Source: an uncultured Alphaproteobacteria bacterium | GTDB taxonomy: Bacteria; Pseudomonadota; Alphaproteobacteria; Rhizobiales; Xanthobacteraceae | Length of the DNA stretch: 64,000 nucleotides | NCBI GenBank assembly: GCA_963793985.1 | Contig: CAWCCG010000008.1 | Coordinates: forward strand, 25,707 to 89,706 | Direction of reading: 5' to 3' | Part shown: piece by piece, positions 38,388 to 48,051 of the stretch | Position numbering within the stretch: position 1 is the stretch's first letter | How the letters are laid out: each line of letters opens with the position of its first letter | Program-made: the position numbers and the translations under genes | The notes under the pieces: model-generated | What the model saw: only the letters and a program-made list of their open reading frames with translations | Database searches by the model: none | Told to the model about the DNA's origin: nothing

Positions 38388-40730
38388 ATGACGACGCGGT
38401 ATTTCGGCGCCCCGACGAAGCGCAACGAGGATCCCCGGCTGCTGCGCGGCCGCGCCCTGTTCGTCGACGACGTCGCGCTGCCGAACCTCGCGCATGCGGC
38501 GTTCCTGCGCAGCGCGGTCGCCCACGGGCGCATCCGGGGCATCGACGCCGAGGCGGCGCGACGGCGCGACGGCGTCATCGCGGTCTACACGGCGGAGGAC
38601 CTCGGCGCCTACTGGAAGCCGGGACCGCTGCTGGTGCCGCCGCCCCCGATCCCGGGCATCACCTTCAACCTGCGCACCCATGTTCCGCTCGCCAAGGACA
38701 AGGTGCGCCATGTCGGCGAGCCGCTGGCGATCGTCATCGCGCGCAGCCGCCACGTCGCCGAGGATGCGCTGGCCGACATCGTGGTCGACATCGATCCGCT
38801 CCCCGCCGTCGTCGATCTCGAAGGCGCGCTCGCGGCGGGATCGGCGCTGGTCCATGACGACCTCGGCACCAACGTCGCGGCCCACGTCCGCCAGACCAAG
38901 GGCGATTACGCGAAGGCGGCGGCACGGGCCGCGCATGTGATCAAGCGGCGCTTCCTCTACGACCGCGGCGCCTCCTCGCCGATCGAGACGCGCGGCATCG
39001 TCGCCAACTGGGACGCGCGGGCGGACCAGCTCACCGTGTGGGACACCACGCAGGCGCCGGTGTTCCTGCGCGGCGGCCTCGCCGGAATGCTGGGCCTGAG
39101 CGAACGCCAGGTGCGGGTGATCGCGCCCTTCGTCGGCGGCGGGTTCGGCCCCAAGATCATGCTGTTCTATCCGGAAGAAGTGCTGCTGCCGTGGGCGGCG
39201 ATCCGGCTCGGCCAGCCGATCAAGTGGATCGAGGACCGGCGCGAGCACTTCTTTGCCACCACCCATGAGCGCGGCCAGATTCACGACGCCGAGATCGCGC
39301 TCGACCGCGACGGCCGCATCCTCGGCGTCAAGGACGTGTTCCTGCACGACGGCGGCGCCTATGACCCTTATGGGCTCACGGTGCCGATCAACAGCCAGTG
39401 CACCCTGCTCGGGCCCTATGTGGTGCCGAACTACGACAGCACCTTCACCGCCGTCTTCACCAACAAGCCGATCGTCACCCCCTATCGCGGCGCCGGGCGC
39501 CAGCACGGGGTGTTCGTCATCGAACGGCTGCTCGACCTCGCGGCGCGCGAGCTCGGGATCGACCGCGCCGAAATCCGCCGGCGCAATTTCATCCCGGCCG
39601 ACGCGTTTCCCTACGACAACGAGCTCATCTACCAGGACTTCACGCGGCTCTCCTACGACAGCGGCAATTACGAGCCGATCCTCGATCGGGCGCTGGAGCT
39701 CATCGGCTACGAGGCCTTCCGCAAGGACGAGCAGCCGCGCCTGAAGGCGCAAGGGCGCCACGTCGGCCTCGGCATCGCCTGCTATGTCGAGGGCACCGGG
39801 ATCGGCCCCTATGAGGGCGCCAAGATCCAGGTGCAGGCGAGCGGCAAGGTGAGCCTCGCCACCGGCATCGGCACCCAGGGCCAGGGGCATTTCACGAGCT
39901 TCGCCCAGATCGCGGCCGACCAGGTCGGCGTCGACGTCCGCGACATCGACGTCGTCACCGGCGACACCGATCAGTTCTACTGGGGCGCCGGCACCTTCGC
40001 GAGCCGCGGCGCCGTGGTGGCGGGCACCGCGGTCTACGAGGCCGGCAAGGCGGTGCGCGAGAAAATCCTGCGGCTCGCGTCCGAACACTTCGAATGCGCC
40101 GAGGAGGACCTCGAGCTCGCCGACGGCAAGGTCTCGATCGCCGGCGTGCCCGGCAAGTCGGTCCGCCTCGGCGAACTCGCCATGAAGGCGAACCCGATGC
40201 GCGGGGCGGTGCGCCCGGGCGCCGAGCCGGGGCTCGAGTCCACCAAGTATTTCGGGCCGCCGTCGGGAGCGACGGCGAGCGGCGTCCACGCGATGATCAT
40301 CGAGGTCGATCCGGAGACGCTCGCGATCGAAATCCGCAAATACGTCGTGGTGCACGACTGCGGCACGGTGATCAATCCGATGATCCTCGCCGGCCAGATT
40401 CATGGCGGCGTGGCGCAGGGCATCGGCAACGCGTTCTTCGAGAAGCTCGTGTTCGACGCCGAGGGGCAGTTGCTCAACGCCACGCTCGCCGACTACCTGC
40501 TGCCCTCCTCGACCGACGTGCCAAACATGGAGCTCGCGCACACCGTGACCAAATCGCCGCTCAATCCGCTCGGCATCAAGGGGGCCGGCGAGGCCGGCGC
40601 CATACCGGTCGGGCCGCTGTTCGCCCAGGCGATCGAGGACGCGCTCGATCTCGGCGCGCACGGCGTCGAGATCCTGGAGATACCGTTGAGCCCGGCGCGA
40701 CTCTGGCAGCTCGCGACCAAGTCGCGATGA
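38388..40730 (+). CDS. Xanthine dehydrogenase / aldehyde oxidase / CoxL-family molybdopterin-binding subunit
   Basis: Intact, 780 aa. MTTRYFGAPTKRNEDPRLLRGRALFVDDV, RFLYDRGASSPIETRG, GGGFGPK, YRGAGRQHG, GTGIGPYEG, GQGHFTSFAQIAAD, GTFASRG, NPLGIKGAGEAG. No [2Fe-2S] or FAD subunit gene is adjacent. Confidence 0.9.
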   Translation: MTTRYFGAPTKRNEDPRLLRGRALFVDDVALPNLAHAAFLRSAVAHGRIRGIDAEAARRRDGVIAVYTAEDLGAYWKPGPLLVPPPPIPGITFNLRTHVPLAKDKVRHVGEPLAIVIARSRHVAEDALADIVVDIDPLPAVVDLEGALAAGSALVHDDLGTNVAAHVRQTKGDYAKAAARAAHVIKRRFLYDRGASSPIETRGIVANWDARADQLTVWDTTQAPVFLRGGLAGMLGLSERQVRVIAPFVGGGFGPKIMLFYPEEVLLPWAAIRLGQPIKWIEDRREHFFATTHERGQIHDAEIALDRDGRILGVKDVFLHDGGAYDPYGLTVPINSQCTLLGPYVVPNYDSTFTAVFTNKPIVTPYRGAGRQHGVFVIERLLDLAARELGIDRAEIRRRNFIPADAFPYDNELIYQDFTRLSYDSGNYEPILDRALELIGYEAFRKDEQPRLKAQGRHVGLGIACYVEGTGIGPYEGAKIQVQASGKVSLATGIGTQGQGHFTSFAQIAADQVGVDVRDIDVVTGDTDQFYWGAGTFASRGAVVAGTAVYEAGKAVREKILRLASEHFECAEEDLELADGKVSIAGVPGKSVRLGELAMKANPMRGAVRPGAEPGLESTKYFGPPSGATASGVHAMIIEVDPETLAIEIRKYVVVHDCGTVINPMILAGQIHGGVAQGIGNAFFEKLVFDAEGQLLNATLADYLLPSSTDVPNMELAHTVTKSPLNPLGIKGAGEAGAIPVGPLFAQAIEDALDLGAHGVEILEIPLSPARLWQLATKSR

Positions 40731-41595
40731 TCCTCGTCACCGGAGCGGCCGGCAAGACCGGCATGGCGGTCATCGGGGCCTTGGCCGCGCGCGGCGCCGC
40801 GGTGCGCGCTCTGGTCCGTCATCGCCGACCGGTCGGCCGCGGTCGCCGCGCAGGGCGCCCACGAGATTGCGGTCGGCGCCTTCGAAGATGCCGCCGCGCT
40901 CGCCGCAGCGGCGGACGGGGCCCGCGCGATCTATCACATCTGCCCGAACGTGAGCCCGCACGAGATAGCCTACGCCCGGGCCGTGATCGCCGCGGCGAAG
41001 GCGGCCGGCGTTCCGCGCTTCGTCTATCACTCCGTGCTGCACCCGCAGATCGAGGCGATGCCGCACCACTGGGCGAAGCTCAGGGTCGAGGAGCTGCTGC
41101 TCACGTCCGGCCTCGCGGTGACGGTCCTCCAGCCGACCGCCTACATGCAGAACATCCTGGCGGGCTGGCGCTCGATCGTCGAGGACGGCGTCTATCGCGT
41201 GCCCTACCCGGTCGCCACGCGGATCAGCCTCGTCGATCTGCGCGACGTGGCCGAGGCCGCCGCGCGCGTCCTCACCGAGGACGGCCATGTCGGCGCGACC
41301 TACGAGCTGGTCGGCACCCCTGCCCTGACCCAGACCGAGGTCGCCGAAACCTTGAGCCTCGCGCATCGGGCGGCCGGTGCGCGCGGTCGCGGAAACCGTC
41401 GAAGCCTGGGAGAGCCGCGCCCGCGCCGCGGGCATGGGCGATTACCAGCGCGAGACCTTGGCCGCCATGTTCCGCAGCTACGCCGCCCATGGTCTCGTCG
41501 GCAACGCCAACGTTCTCACTTGGCTCCTGGGACGCAGTCCGACCACGCTTGCCGCAGTTCGCGGCGGACGCGTCGCGCGGAGCGGTCAGCTATAG
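40727..41595 (+). pseudogene. NmrA-like / atypical SDR NAD(P)-binding protein, frameshifted
   Basis: ATGA overlap with the XDH-family stop. MILVTGAAGKTGMAVIGALAARGAAVRALVR (Rossmann), then IYHICPNVSPHEIAYARAVIAAAKAAGVPRFVYHSVLHPQ, LQPTAYMQN, YELVG. Frame changes near 40830 and 41370. Confidence 0.75.
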
Positions 41596-43015
41596 GGCGG
41601 CCAGCCGATCGGGTTCGCCTGCTGCACGAGCTTCGCGACCGAGAGGATCAGCGGCTCCTCGAACCGCGGCGCGACGATCTGCAGACCGACCGGCAAGCCC
41701 GTCCGCGGTCTTGCCGGCGGGAACGCTGCCGGCCGGCAGGCCGACCAGCGTCACCAGAAACGCCGGGGCGATCCAATCGATGTAGTTCTCGAGACGGCGG
41801 CCGGCGACCTCGGTCGGAAAGTTCATCTCGATCGGGATAAGGCTTCACCGGCGCGGCGGGCGTGAGCAGGACATCGAAGCGCTCGAACAGACTCGCGGAA
41901 GCGGTGAAACACCGCGAGCCGTGCCGCCTCCGCCGCCGCGAGATCGGCGGCAGTGACCGCGAGGCCGCGCTCGACACTGCCGCGAAGATTTTCGCCGAAT
42001 TCGGCGAGCCGCCCGAGACGCGCGTGCTGTTGCCCCACCATCCAGGCGCCGCGCCAGACCTGGTAGGGGTCGCGGCCCTCCGACACATCGAACGCGATCT
42101 CCTCGACCGTCGCGCCGGCATCTGCCGAGACGCTCGCGCCCCGGCGCGGCAGATCTCGTCGATCTCGGGATCGACGCCGATGCCGGCGATGTCGGCAGCG
42201 TAGGCGATGCGCAGGCCCCGGCGCATCGCTCGTGCCGGCGACGACCTCGCGCGCGCTGCGCCACGGCGGCGCGACCGAGATCGGCGACAGGCGGCTCAAT
42301 CCCACCATCGCGTCCAGCATCAGCGCCGCATCCTCGGCGCTGCGGGCGAGCGGGCCGTGGACCTGGCCGGGGTCCCAGCCGAGCGGCATCGGATGGTTCG
42401 GCGTCAGCCCCGGCGTCGGCCGGATTCCGACGATGCCGCAGAACGCCGCGGGAATGCGGATCGACGAGCCGAAGTCGGTGCCCTGGGCGAGCGGCAGCAT
42501 GCCTGACGCGACCGCGACCGCCGAGCCGCCCGACGACCCCGCCGGCGACAGCGCGGGGTTCCAGGGATTGCGGGTCGCACCGAACACCGCGTTGACGGTG
42601 TTGGCGCCGGTCGCGAATTCCGGCGTGTTGGTCTTGGCGAGCAGGATGGCGCCGGCGGCCTTGAGGCGGCGGACCACTTCGGCGTCCTCCACCGGGACGA
42701 AGTCGGCATGAGAGCGGCGATCCGTAGGTGGTGCGGATGCCGGCGGTCTCGGTGACGTCCTTGACGCCGAAGGGCAGGCCTTCGAGCGAGCCCTGTCGGC
42801 TCGCCCGCCATGATCCTGGCTTCGGCGCGGCGCGCGGCCTCGCGGGCCGTGTCGGCGGCGAGAGTGACGATCGCATTGAGGCGGGGGTTGAGGCGCGCGA
42901 TGGCCGCGAGATGCGCGTCGAGCACCTCGACCGGGCTCACCGCCCGCGCGCGCATCATCGCGGCGAGCTCGACGGCGGACTTCCGCGTCAGTGCCTCGTC
43001 GGCGGTCGCCATCAC
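41586..43015 (-). pseudogene. Amidase-signature family amidase, multiply frameshifted
   Basis: LEGLPFGVKDVTETAGIRTTYGS, AILLAKTNTPEFATGANTVN, NPWNPALSPAGSSGGSAVAVASG (Gly/Ser-rich AS signature), GTDFGSSIRIPAAFCG, LLTPAAPVKPYP, GLPAGSVPAG, and a tail ending IGWPPYS. At least 7 frame changes by eye. Its start overlaps the permease stop. Confidence 0.8.
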
Positions 43016-43764
43016 TTTCCCGACCAGTGGACGAACCGCCGCTCGATCAGGAGGAACATCAGGTTCAGCCCGTAGCCCAGCGCGCCGGCGGCGAAGATCG
43101 CGGCATACATGTCGGGCATCGCGAACAATTGCTGCGCCTCGAACACGCGCTGGCCGAGCCCGTCGGTCGAGCCGATGAACATCTCCGCCACCACGACGAT
43201 GACGAGGGCGAGCGACACGCCGTTGCGCAGCCCGACGAAGGTCTGCGGCAGCGATTCCATCAGCATGACGTCGAGGAGCACCTGCAGCCGCGAGGCGCCC
43301 ATCGCCTTCGCGGCGAGAAGCCGCGTCTTGCGCGCGTTCATCACGCCATAGGCGACGTTGAACAGGATGACGAGCGCCGCACCGAACGCCGCGACCGAAA
43401 TCTTGGTGCGGTCGCCGACCCCGAACAGCACGAGGAACAGCGGGAACAGCGCCGAGGCCGGCGTCGAGCGGAAGAAGTCGATGACGAACTCGACCGAGCG
43501 GTAGACCGGCAGCGACGCGCCGAGCACGATGCCGAGCGGGATCGCGATCACCGCCGCGATCAGCGTCGCAAGCGCGGTACGCTCGACCGTGATGACGAAG
43601 TCATGGCCGAGCTGTCCGCCGAACCCCTTCCACATGGCGCGGAACGTATCGGCCGGCGACGGCAGCAGCACGGGATCGATGACCTTGCTCCACACCGCGA
43701 TCCACCACAGCGCGATCAGCCCGATGACGCCGACCACCGGCAGGAAGGGTTCGAGGCGTTTCAT
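43012..43764 (-). CDS. ABC transporter permease (NitT/TauT family)
   Basis: Intact. MKRLEPFLPVVGVIGLIALWW, EAA-type loop NARKTRLLAAKAMGASRLQVLLDVMLMESLPQ, six hydrophobic helices. Confidence 0.85.
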   Translation of the reverse strand: MKRLEPFLPVVGVIGLIALWWIAVWSKVIDPVLLPSPADTFRAMWKGFGGQLGHDFVITVERTALATLIAAVIAIPLGIVLGASLPVYRSVEFVIDFFRSTPASALFPLFLVLFGVGDRTKISVAAFGAALVILFNVAYGVMNARKTRLLAAKAMGASRLQVLLDVMLMESLPQTFVGLRNGVSLALVIVVVAEMFIGSTDGLGQRVFEAQQLFAMPDMYAAIFAAGALGYGLNLMFLLIERRFVHWSGK

Positions 43765-43784
43765 GGTGCGCGTCTGCACCTAGC

Positions 43785-43923
43785 GTCATTCCGGGGCAGT
43801 GCCAACGGGTCCGGCCTTTGGCCGGCCCGATGACAGGCTCCGCACTGAACCCGGAATCCAGACATGGCAGCTCGCCCCACTGCCTGGATTCCGGGTTCGC
43901 GCTGACGCGCGCCCCGGAATGAC
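43785..43923. repeat. Nested-hairpin intergenic repeat (Bradyrhizobiaceae REP-like element)
   Basis: Outer perfect 13-bp inverted repeat GTCATTCCGGGGC / GCCCCGGAATGAC. Inner perfect 15-bp inverted repeat GAACCCGGAATCCAG / CTGGATTCCGGGTTC. Also a CCGGCCTTTGGCCGG hairpin. It lies between the binding-protein and permease genes. Confidence 0.6.
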
Positions 43924-43950
43924 GGCGGAGCGCGGTGCCGCGCGCCCACT

Positions 43951-44923
43951 TCAGAACACCTGGATGAACTTGTTCACGTCGACCTTCTCCGGCAGCGTGC
44001 CTGCGGTCACCGAGAAATCGATGAACTTCTGATAGTCCGCGCGGTCCTTCGGCGTGAGATCGCGCGCCATGAAGAAGCGGAGCAGCGGCACGGTGTCGGC
44101 GACGTCCTCGGGCGTGAAGGTGTTCTTGACGAGGTGCTTGCGCGCCTCGGCCGGATTGGTGTTGATGAAATCGATCGCCTTCGCCCAGGCCGCGGCGAAG
44201 CGCTTGGCGACATCCGGGCGCGCCTTGATGAAGTCGCTCGACATTGCGCATCCCCCGGCGAAGGCGTTGGCGTCGGGATCGCCGAGCACGTACCGGGCAA
44301 TGACACCGGCCTCGAGGGTGGTGGCGACTCCAAGCTTGCGCATGGTCGACGCGTTCGGCTCGAGCGTGTAGCCGGCATCGAACGTGCCGGCGGTCATCAC
44401 GTTGACGTGCTGGCCCATGTCGAGCTGGTCGATCGTGTAGTCGCCCTCTTTGAGGCCGACGGCCGCCAATACCGCTTTGGCCATGGTGACGTTGGCGGGC
44501 CCCGGCGCCGACATGATCTTGGCGCCCTTGAGGTCCTTCAGGCTCGTCGCCTTGAAGCCCCTGCGGACGACGAATTGCTCCATAGGGTAGGTGCGGTTCT
44601 GGCCGTTGAGCGAGATGTACATCGCGACGCCGGGCTTCTTGAGATCGGCGTTGATGCCCTCGATGGTCACCAGCACCGCGGAGACATCGATCTGGTTGGT
44701 GATCAGCGCCGCGACGTTCGGCGGGCCGCCGATCAGCCGCGTCATCTCCGGCGACGATGTTCTGCTCCTTGAAGAAGCCGCGCTCCAGCGCGACGAAATA
44801 CGGCAGCGAAGAGCTGACCGGGAACACGCCGACATTCACCTTGTCCTGCGCCATCGCCGGGGCTGCGCCGAACGCCGCGGCACAGAGCACGGCGGCGAGA
44901 AGCGCGCGCCGAGGACGGGACAT
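43951..44923 (-). pseudogene. ABC substrate-binding protein (NitT/TauT family), one frame change
   Basis: Signal MSRPRRALLAAVLCAAAFGAAPAMA. Then VNVGVFPVSSSLPYFVALERGFFKEQNI, a shift near 44750, then the rest in ORF 43951-44835 (LKDLKGAKIMSAPGPANVTMAKAVL). Confidence 0.8.
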
Positions 44924-45017
44924 GCGGTGTGCTCATCATGGCCTCCTGCAGGAATTGCCACGGCCGCGGGCGGCCGACATCATTCTCCGACGTCGACTTC
45001 ACTCTGCGACGTCGGCC

Positions 45018-46112
45018 TCATTCGCCGACATCGACTATTGCAATGACCGGGCCACCACCCTGCGGTCCCTGGTGCATGGCGTCGACCGACACGAACACGG
45101 CGGGATCGCCGATCGCCGCCGCGGCGACGCCGCCGACCGCGGCCTTGGAATGGCGGTGGTGATGGACGTCGGAATCGTCGAGCATGATCTGGCGGCGTCC
45201 CCGCAAGGTGCCGCGGTGGTCGGCCTCGCATTTCATGAAGCAGTTGACGACGCGGCCCTTGAGGTCCTCGGCCCGCGGCCGCTCGGGAAGCTCGAGGCCG
45301 GCGTTGCGGATGGCGTCGTAGATGCCGTCGATGTCGATGGCGTCGCGCATCACCGCATGGCCGATGCGGTAGCGGCCGCCGGCGCCCGCCTTGTTGCCGA
45401 GCAGCACGATCTGCGCCTGGACGAGCTCGACGCCCGAGGAGCACGACGCCACCGACGAATAGAGATCGAGGTCGCGGCAGATCTGCTCGGCGCGCGGCAT
45501 CGCGGTTTCCCCGAGCGCGACGGCGATGCCGAGCGCCGTCGTGCCGTTCGAGACACCCATCGAGTCGTGCACCTCGCAGGCGACGTGCTTGCCCCGGCTC
45601 TCGGCGTCGCGCACGGAATCGATGGTCAGCAGCGGCGTCTTGGTCTGGACGTAATGCACGTCCTTCGGATCGGAGATGCCGGCGTCGGCCATCGCGAGCT
45701 TCACGGCGGCCGCGACCTTCTCCACCATGGCGGGCCGGCCGATGTCCTCCGGCAGCAGCTCCTCGCTCAGCGCCGTGCCCATGGCGAGGCGCGGCGCGTT
45801 GGCCGGCCCGGTCTTGGCGTTGCGCGCGAACACCGTCGCATGCGGGGTGATGACGCCGTCGCAGCCGCCCGACCACACCATCGGGATCTGGTGGATGTCG
45901 GCCTCGCCGCGGGTGCCGAGCTTGAGCAGGATGCGGCGGAACGCCTGGTCGGCGAGAATGCGGGTGAAGTCGTTGACCCCGCCATTCCCTTCGGTCTTGC
46001 CGATCACGGCGATCACTTCGTCGGCCTTGAACTGTCCGGCCGCGATCCGCTCGGCGAGACCGCTCGCGTCCTGGACATTCTTCAGCTCGATTTTCGCGAC
46101 TTCGATCGCCAT
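45018..46112 (-). CDS. Ring-opening amidohydrolase of the cyanuric acid hydrolase (AtzD/TrzD) / barbiturase family
   Basis: Intact, 364 aa. [19 protein letters not shown] is the family hallmark (AtzD has GKTEGNGCVND). The three-fold internal repeat architecture is suggested by recurring Ser/Lys-containing segments ([28 protein letters not shown]). The substrate cannot be told from the sequence. Confidence 0.85.
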   Translation of the reverse strand: MAIEVAKIELKNVQDASGLAERIAAGQFKADEVIAVIGKTEGNGGVNDFTRILADQAFRRILLKLGTRGEADIHQIPMVWSGGCDGVITPHATVFARNAKTGPANAPRLAMGTALSEELLPEDIGRPAMVEKVAAAVKLAMADAGISDPKDVHYVQTKTPLLTIDSVRDAESRGKHVACEVHDSMGVSNGTTALGIAVALGETAMPRAEQICRDLDLYSSVASCSSGVELVQAQIVLLGNKAGAGGRYRIGHAVMRDAIDIDGIYDAIRNAGLELPERPRAEDLKGRVVNCFMKCEADHRGTLRGRRQIMLDDSDVHHHRHSKAAVGGVAAAAIGDPAVFVSVDAMHQGPQGGGPVIAIVDVGE

Positions 46113-46136
46113 TCTCGTCTTGCTCCGCAGAATTGC

Positions 46137-48051
46137 TCAGCGCATGCGCGGCGCAAATTCGCCGCGCAGCATTTTCGTAAAACCGGTGCCGCGATCGATC
46201 ATCGACGGCGGACCCGTGCGTTGCGCACGCAAGGCGGCGCGCCGCTCGGCCGTGGCCGGCCTCGTCGACGGCGACATCCGCAGTCCCCACGCCCGCGGTG
46301 CCTGCGTCCGCGAATACCACACCGTAATCGTCGCGCGCGCGATCGAGCGAGACGCGCCCCTCGACGACGTCGGCGAGCACCAGCGCCGGCTCGCGCTCGA
46401 GCGGATCGCCCCAGCCGCCGCCGCCGGTCGTGACGACGCGCACGATCTGGCCCTTGAGCACGGGCTCGCCATCGACGAGGCCGCCGAGCTCGCGCGCCTC
46501 GCCCTCGAGGTCGACGGTGACGCAGAACGGCTCGCCGGCCTTGCCGCCGTTGAGGCCATAGCAGCCGAGCCGCACCCGGTCGGCGGTGACGATGGTGCGG
46601 CAATCGACCAGCGCGCGGTAGTGCTTCTCGTAGCCGAGACCGCCGCGCCGCTTGCCGGCGCCGCCGGAATCGGTGCGCAGCGCGAGCTTCTCCACCAGCA
46701 GCGGGAAACGGGTCTCGGTGAATTCCGCCGGCTGGTTGCGGGAGTCCGGCACGATGTGAATGGCGTCGTTGCCGTCGGCGTAGTAGCGCCCGCCGGAGCC
46801 GCCGCCGAGCACCTCGCGCGACAGGAACGGCTTGCCGGCGGCATCGGTGCCGAAAAAGCCGGTGTAGCGGATGGTCTCCTGGTCGGCCGGCATCCGGCCG
46901 TCGACCGCCTGGGCGACGACGCCTGCCAGGAGCCCGAGGCAGCGCAGCAGCACGAACGAGCGCGCATTGGTGGCCGCCGGCCATTCCGGCGTGATCAGCG
47001 TCCCCTTCGGCGGAAACTTGACCGTGAACACGTCGCAGACGCCTTCGTTGACGTGGATCTCGGCCGCGCGCTCCGGCGTCTCGGCGAGATTGCGCAGGAT
47101 CGGCGCGATCCATTTGATGAGGAACGCGCCGTCGGCGTAATCGGCCGGCCAATTGATCGGACCGGTGGATTGCGGGTCGGTGCCGGTGAAGTCGAGCGTG
47201 ATGCGATCACCGGCCTTGGTCATGGCGAGCGCGATCTTGTGGAGCTTGGGGTCGGTGACCCCGTCGTGCTCGACGTAATCTTCCCAGCGATATTCGCCGT
47301 CGGCGATCCGCGGCAGCAACTCGTCGCGGAAGATGGTGGCGCATTTGTCGAGGATGGTCTGGAAGCAGGCCTCGACCTGGGCGCGGCCGAACCGCTCGAA
47401 CAGCGCGGCCATGCGCTGCGCCCCCATCAGGCAGGCCTGCACCTCGCTGTCGAGGTCGGCGGCGAGCATCTCGGGAACGCGGGTGTTGCGCTTGATGATG
47501 GTGAAGACCGCCTCGTTGCGCACGCCCTCGGCGTAGAGCTTGACCGGCGGGATCGCGAGCCCTTCCTCGAACACCGTGACCGCCGTGCCCGGCATCGAGC
47601 CCGGCACGCGCCCGCCGATGTCGTCATGGTGCCCGAACGCCTGGATGTAGGCGACCACCTCGCCGTCGTGGAACACCGGCACCGTGCTGCAGAGGTCCGG
47701 CAGATGGCCGATGCTGCCTTCGGTGAGGTAGGTGTCGTTCATCAGGAACACGTCGCCGGGACGCATGGTCTCGGGGGGAAAATCGCGCACCACGGCGTTC
47801 GGCATCGCCGAATAGGAGCGGCCGGTGAGCTTGCGGCAGTAGCGGTCGAACAGGCCGACGCGGTAGTCGTGGGCCTCGCGGATCATCGGGCTGCGCGCGG
47901 TGCGCTCGATCGCGTATTCGATCTCGGCCTCGATCGAATTGAGCGTGCCTTCGACGATCTGCAGCACGATCGGGTCGACCGGCGTGTCGTTGCGCCGCTC
48001 AGGGGTCGGCCACGGCTTGGCCGCGGCGGGACTTTGTTGAATATTCATCAC
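46137..48051 (-). pseudogene. hyuB: Hydantoinase B / oxoprolinase family protein, one frame change near the 3' end
   Basis: DPIVLQIVEGTLNSIEAEIEYAIERTARSPMIREAHDYRVGLFD, DVFLMNDTYLTEGSIGHLPD, GGGSGGRYYADGNDAIH, SGGAGKRRGGLGYEK, TTGGGGWGDPLER. A shift near 46260 leads to a tail ending FAPRMR. Confidence 0.85.

Noticed and set aside
38337-40661. 774-aa ORF antisense to the XDH-family gene
   Set aside because: Its Arg/Ala/Gly/Asp-rich composition, with no motifs, is typical of a shadow frame opposite a GC3-rich gene. The sense ORF has clear family motifs along its whole length.
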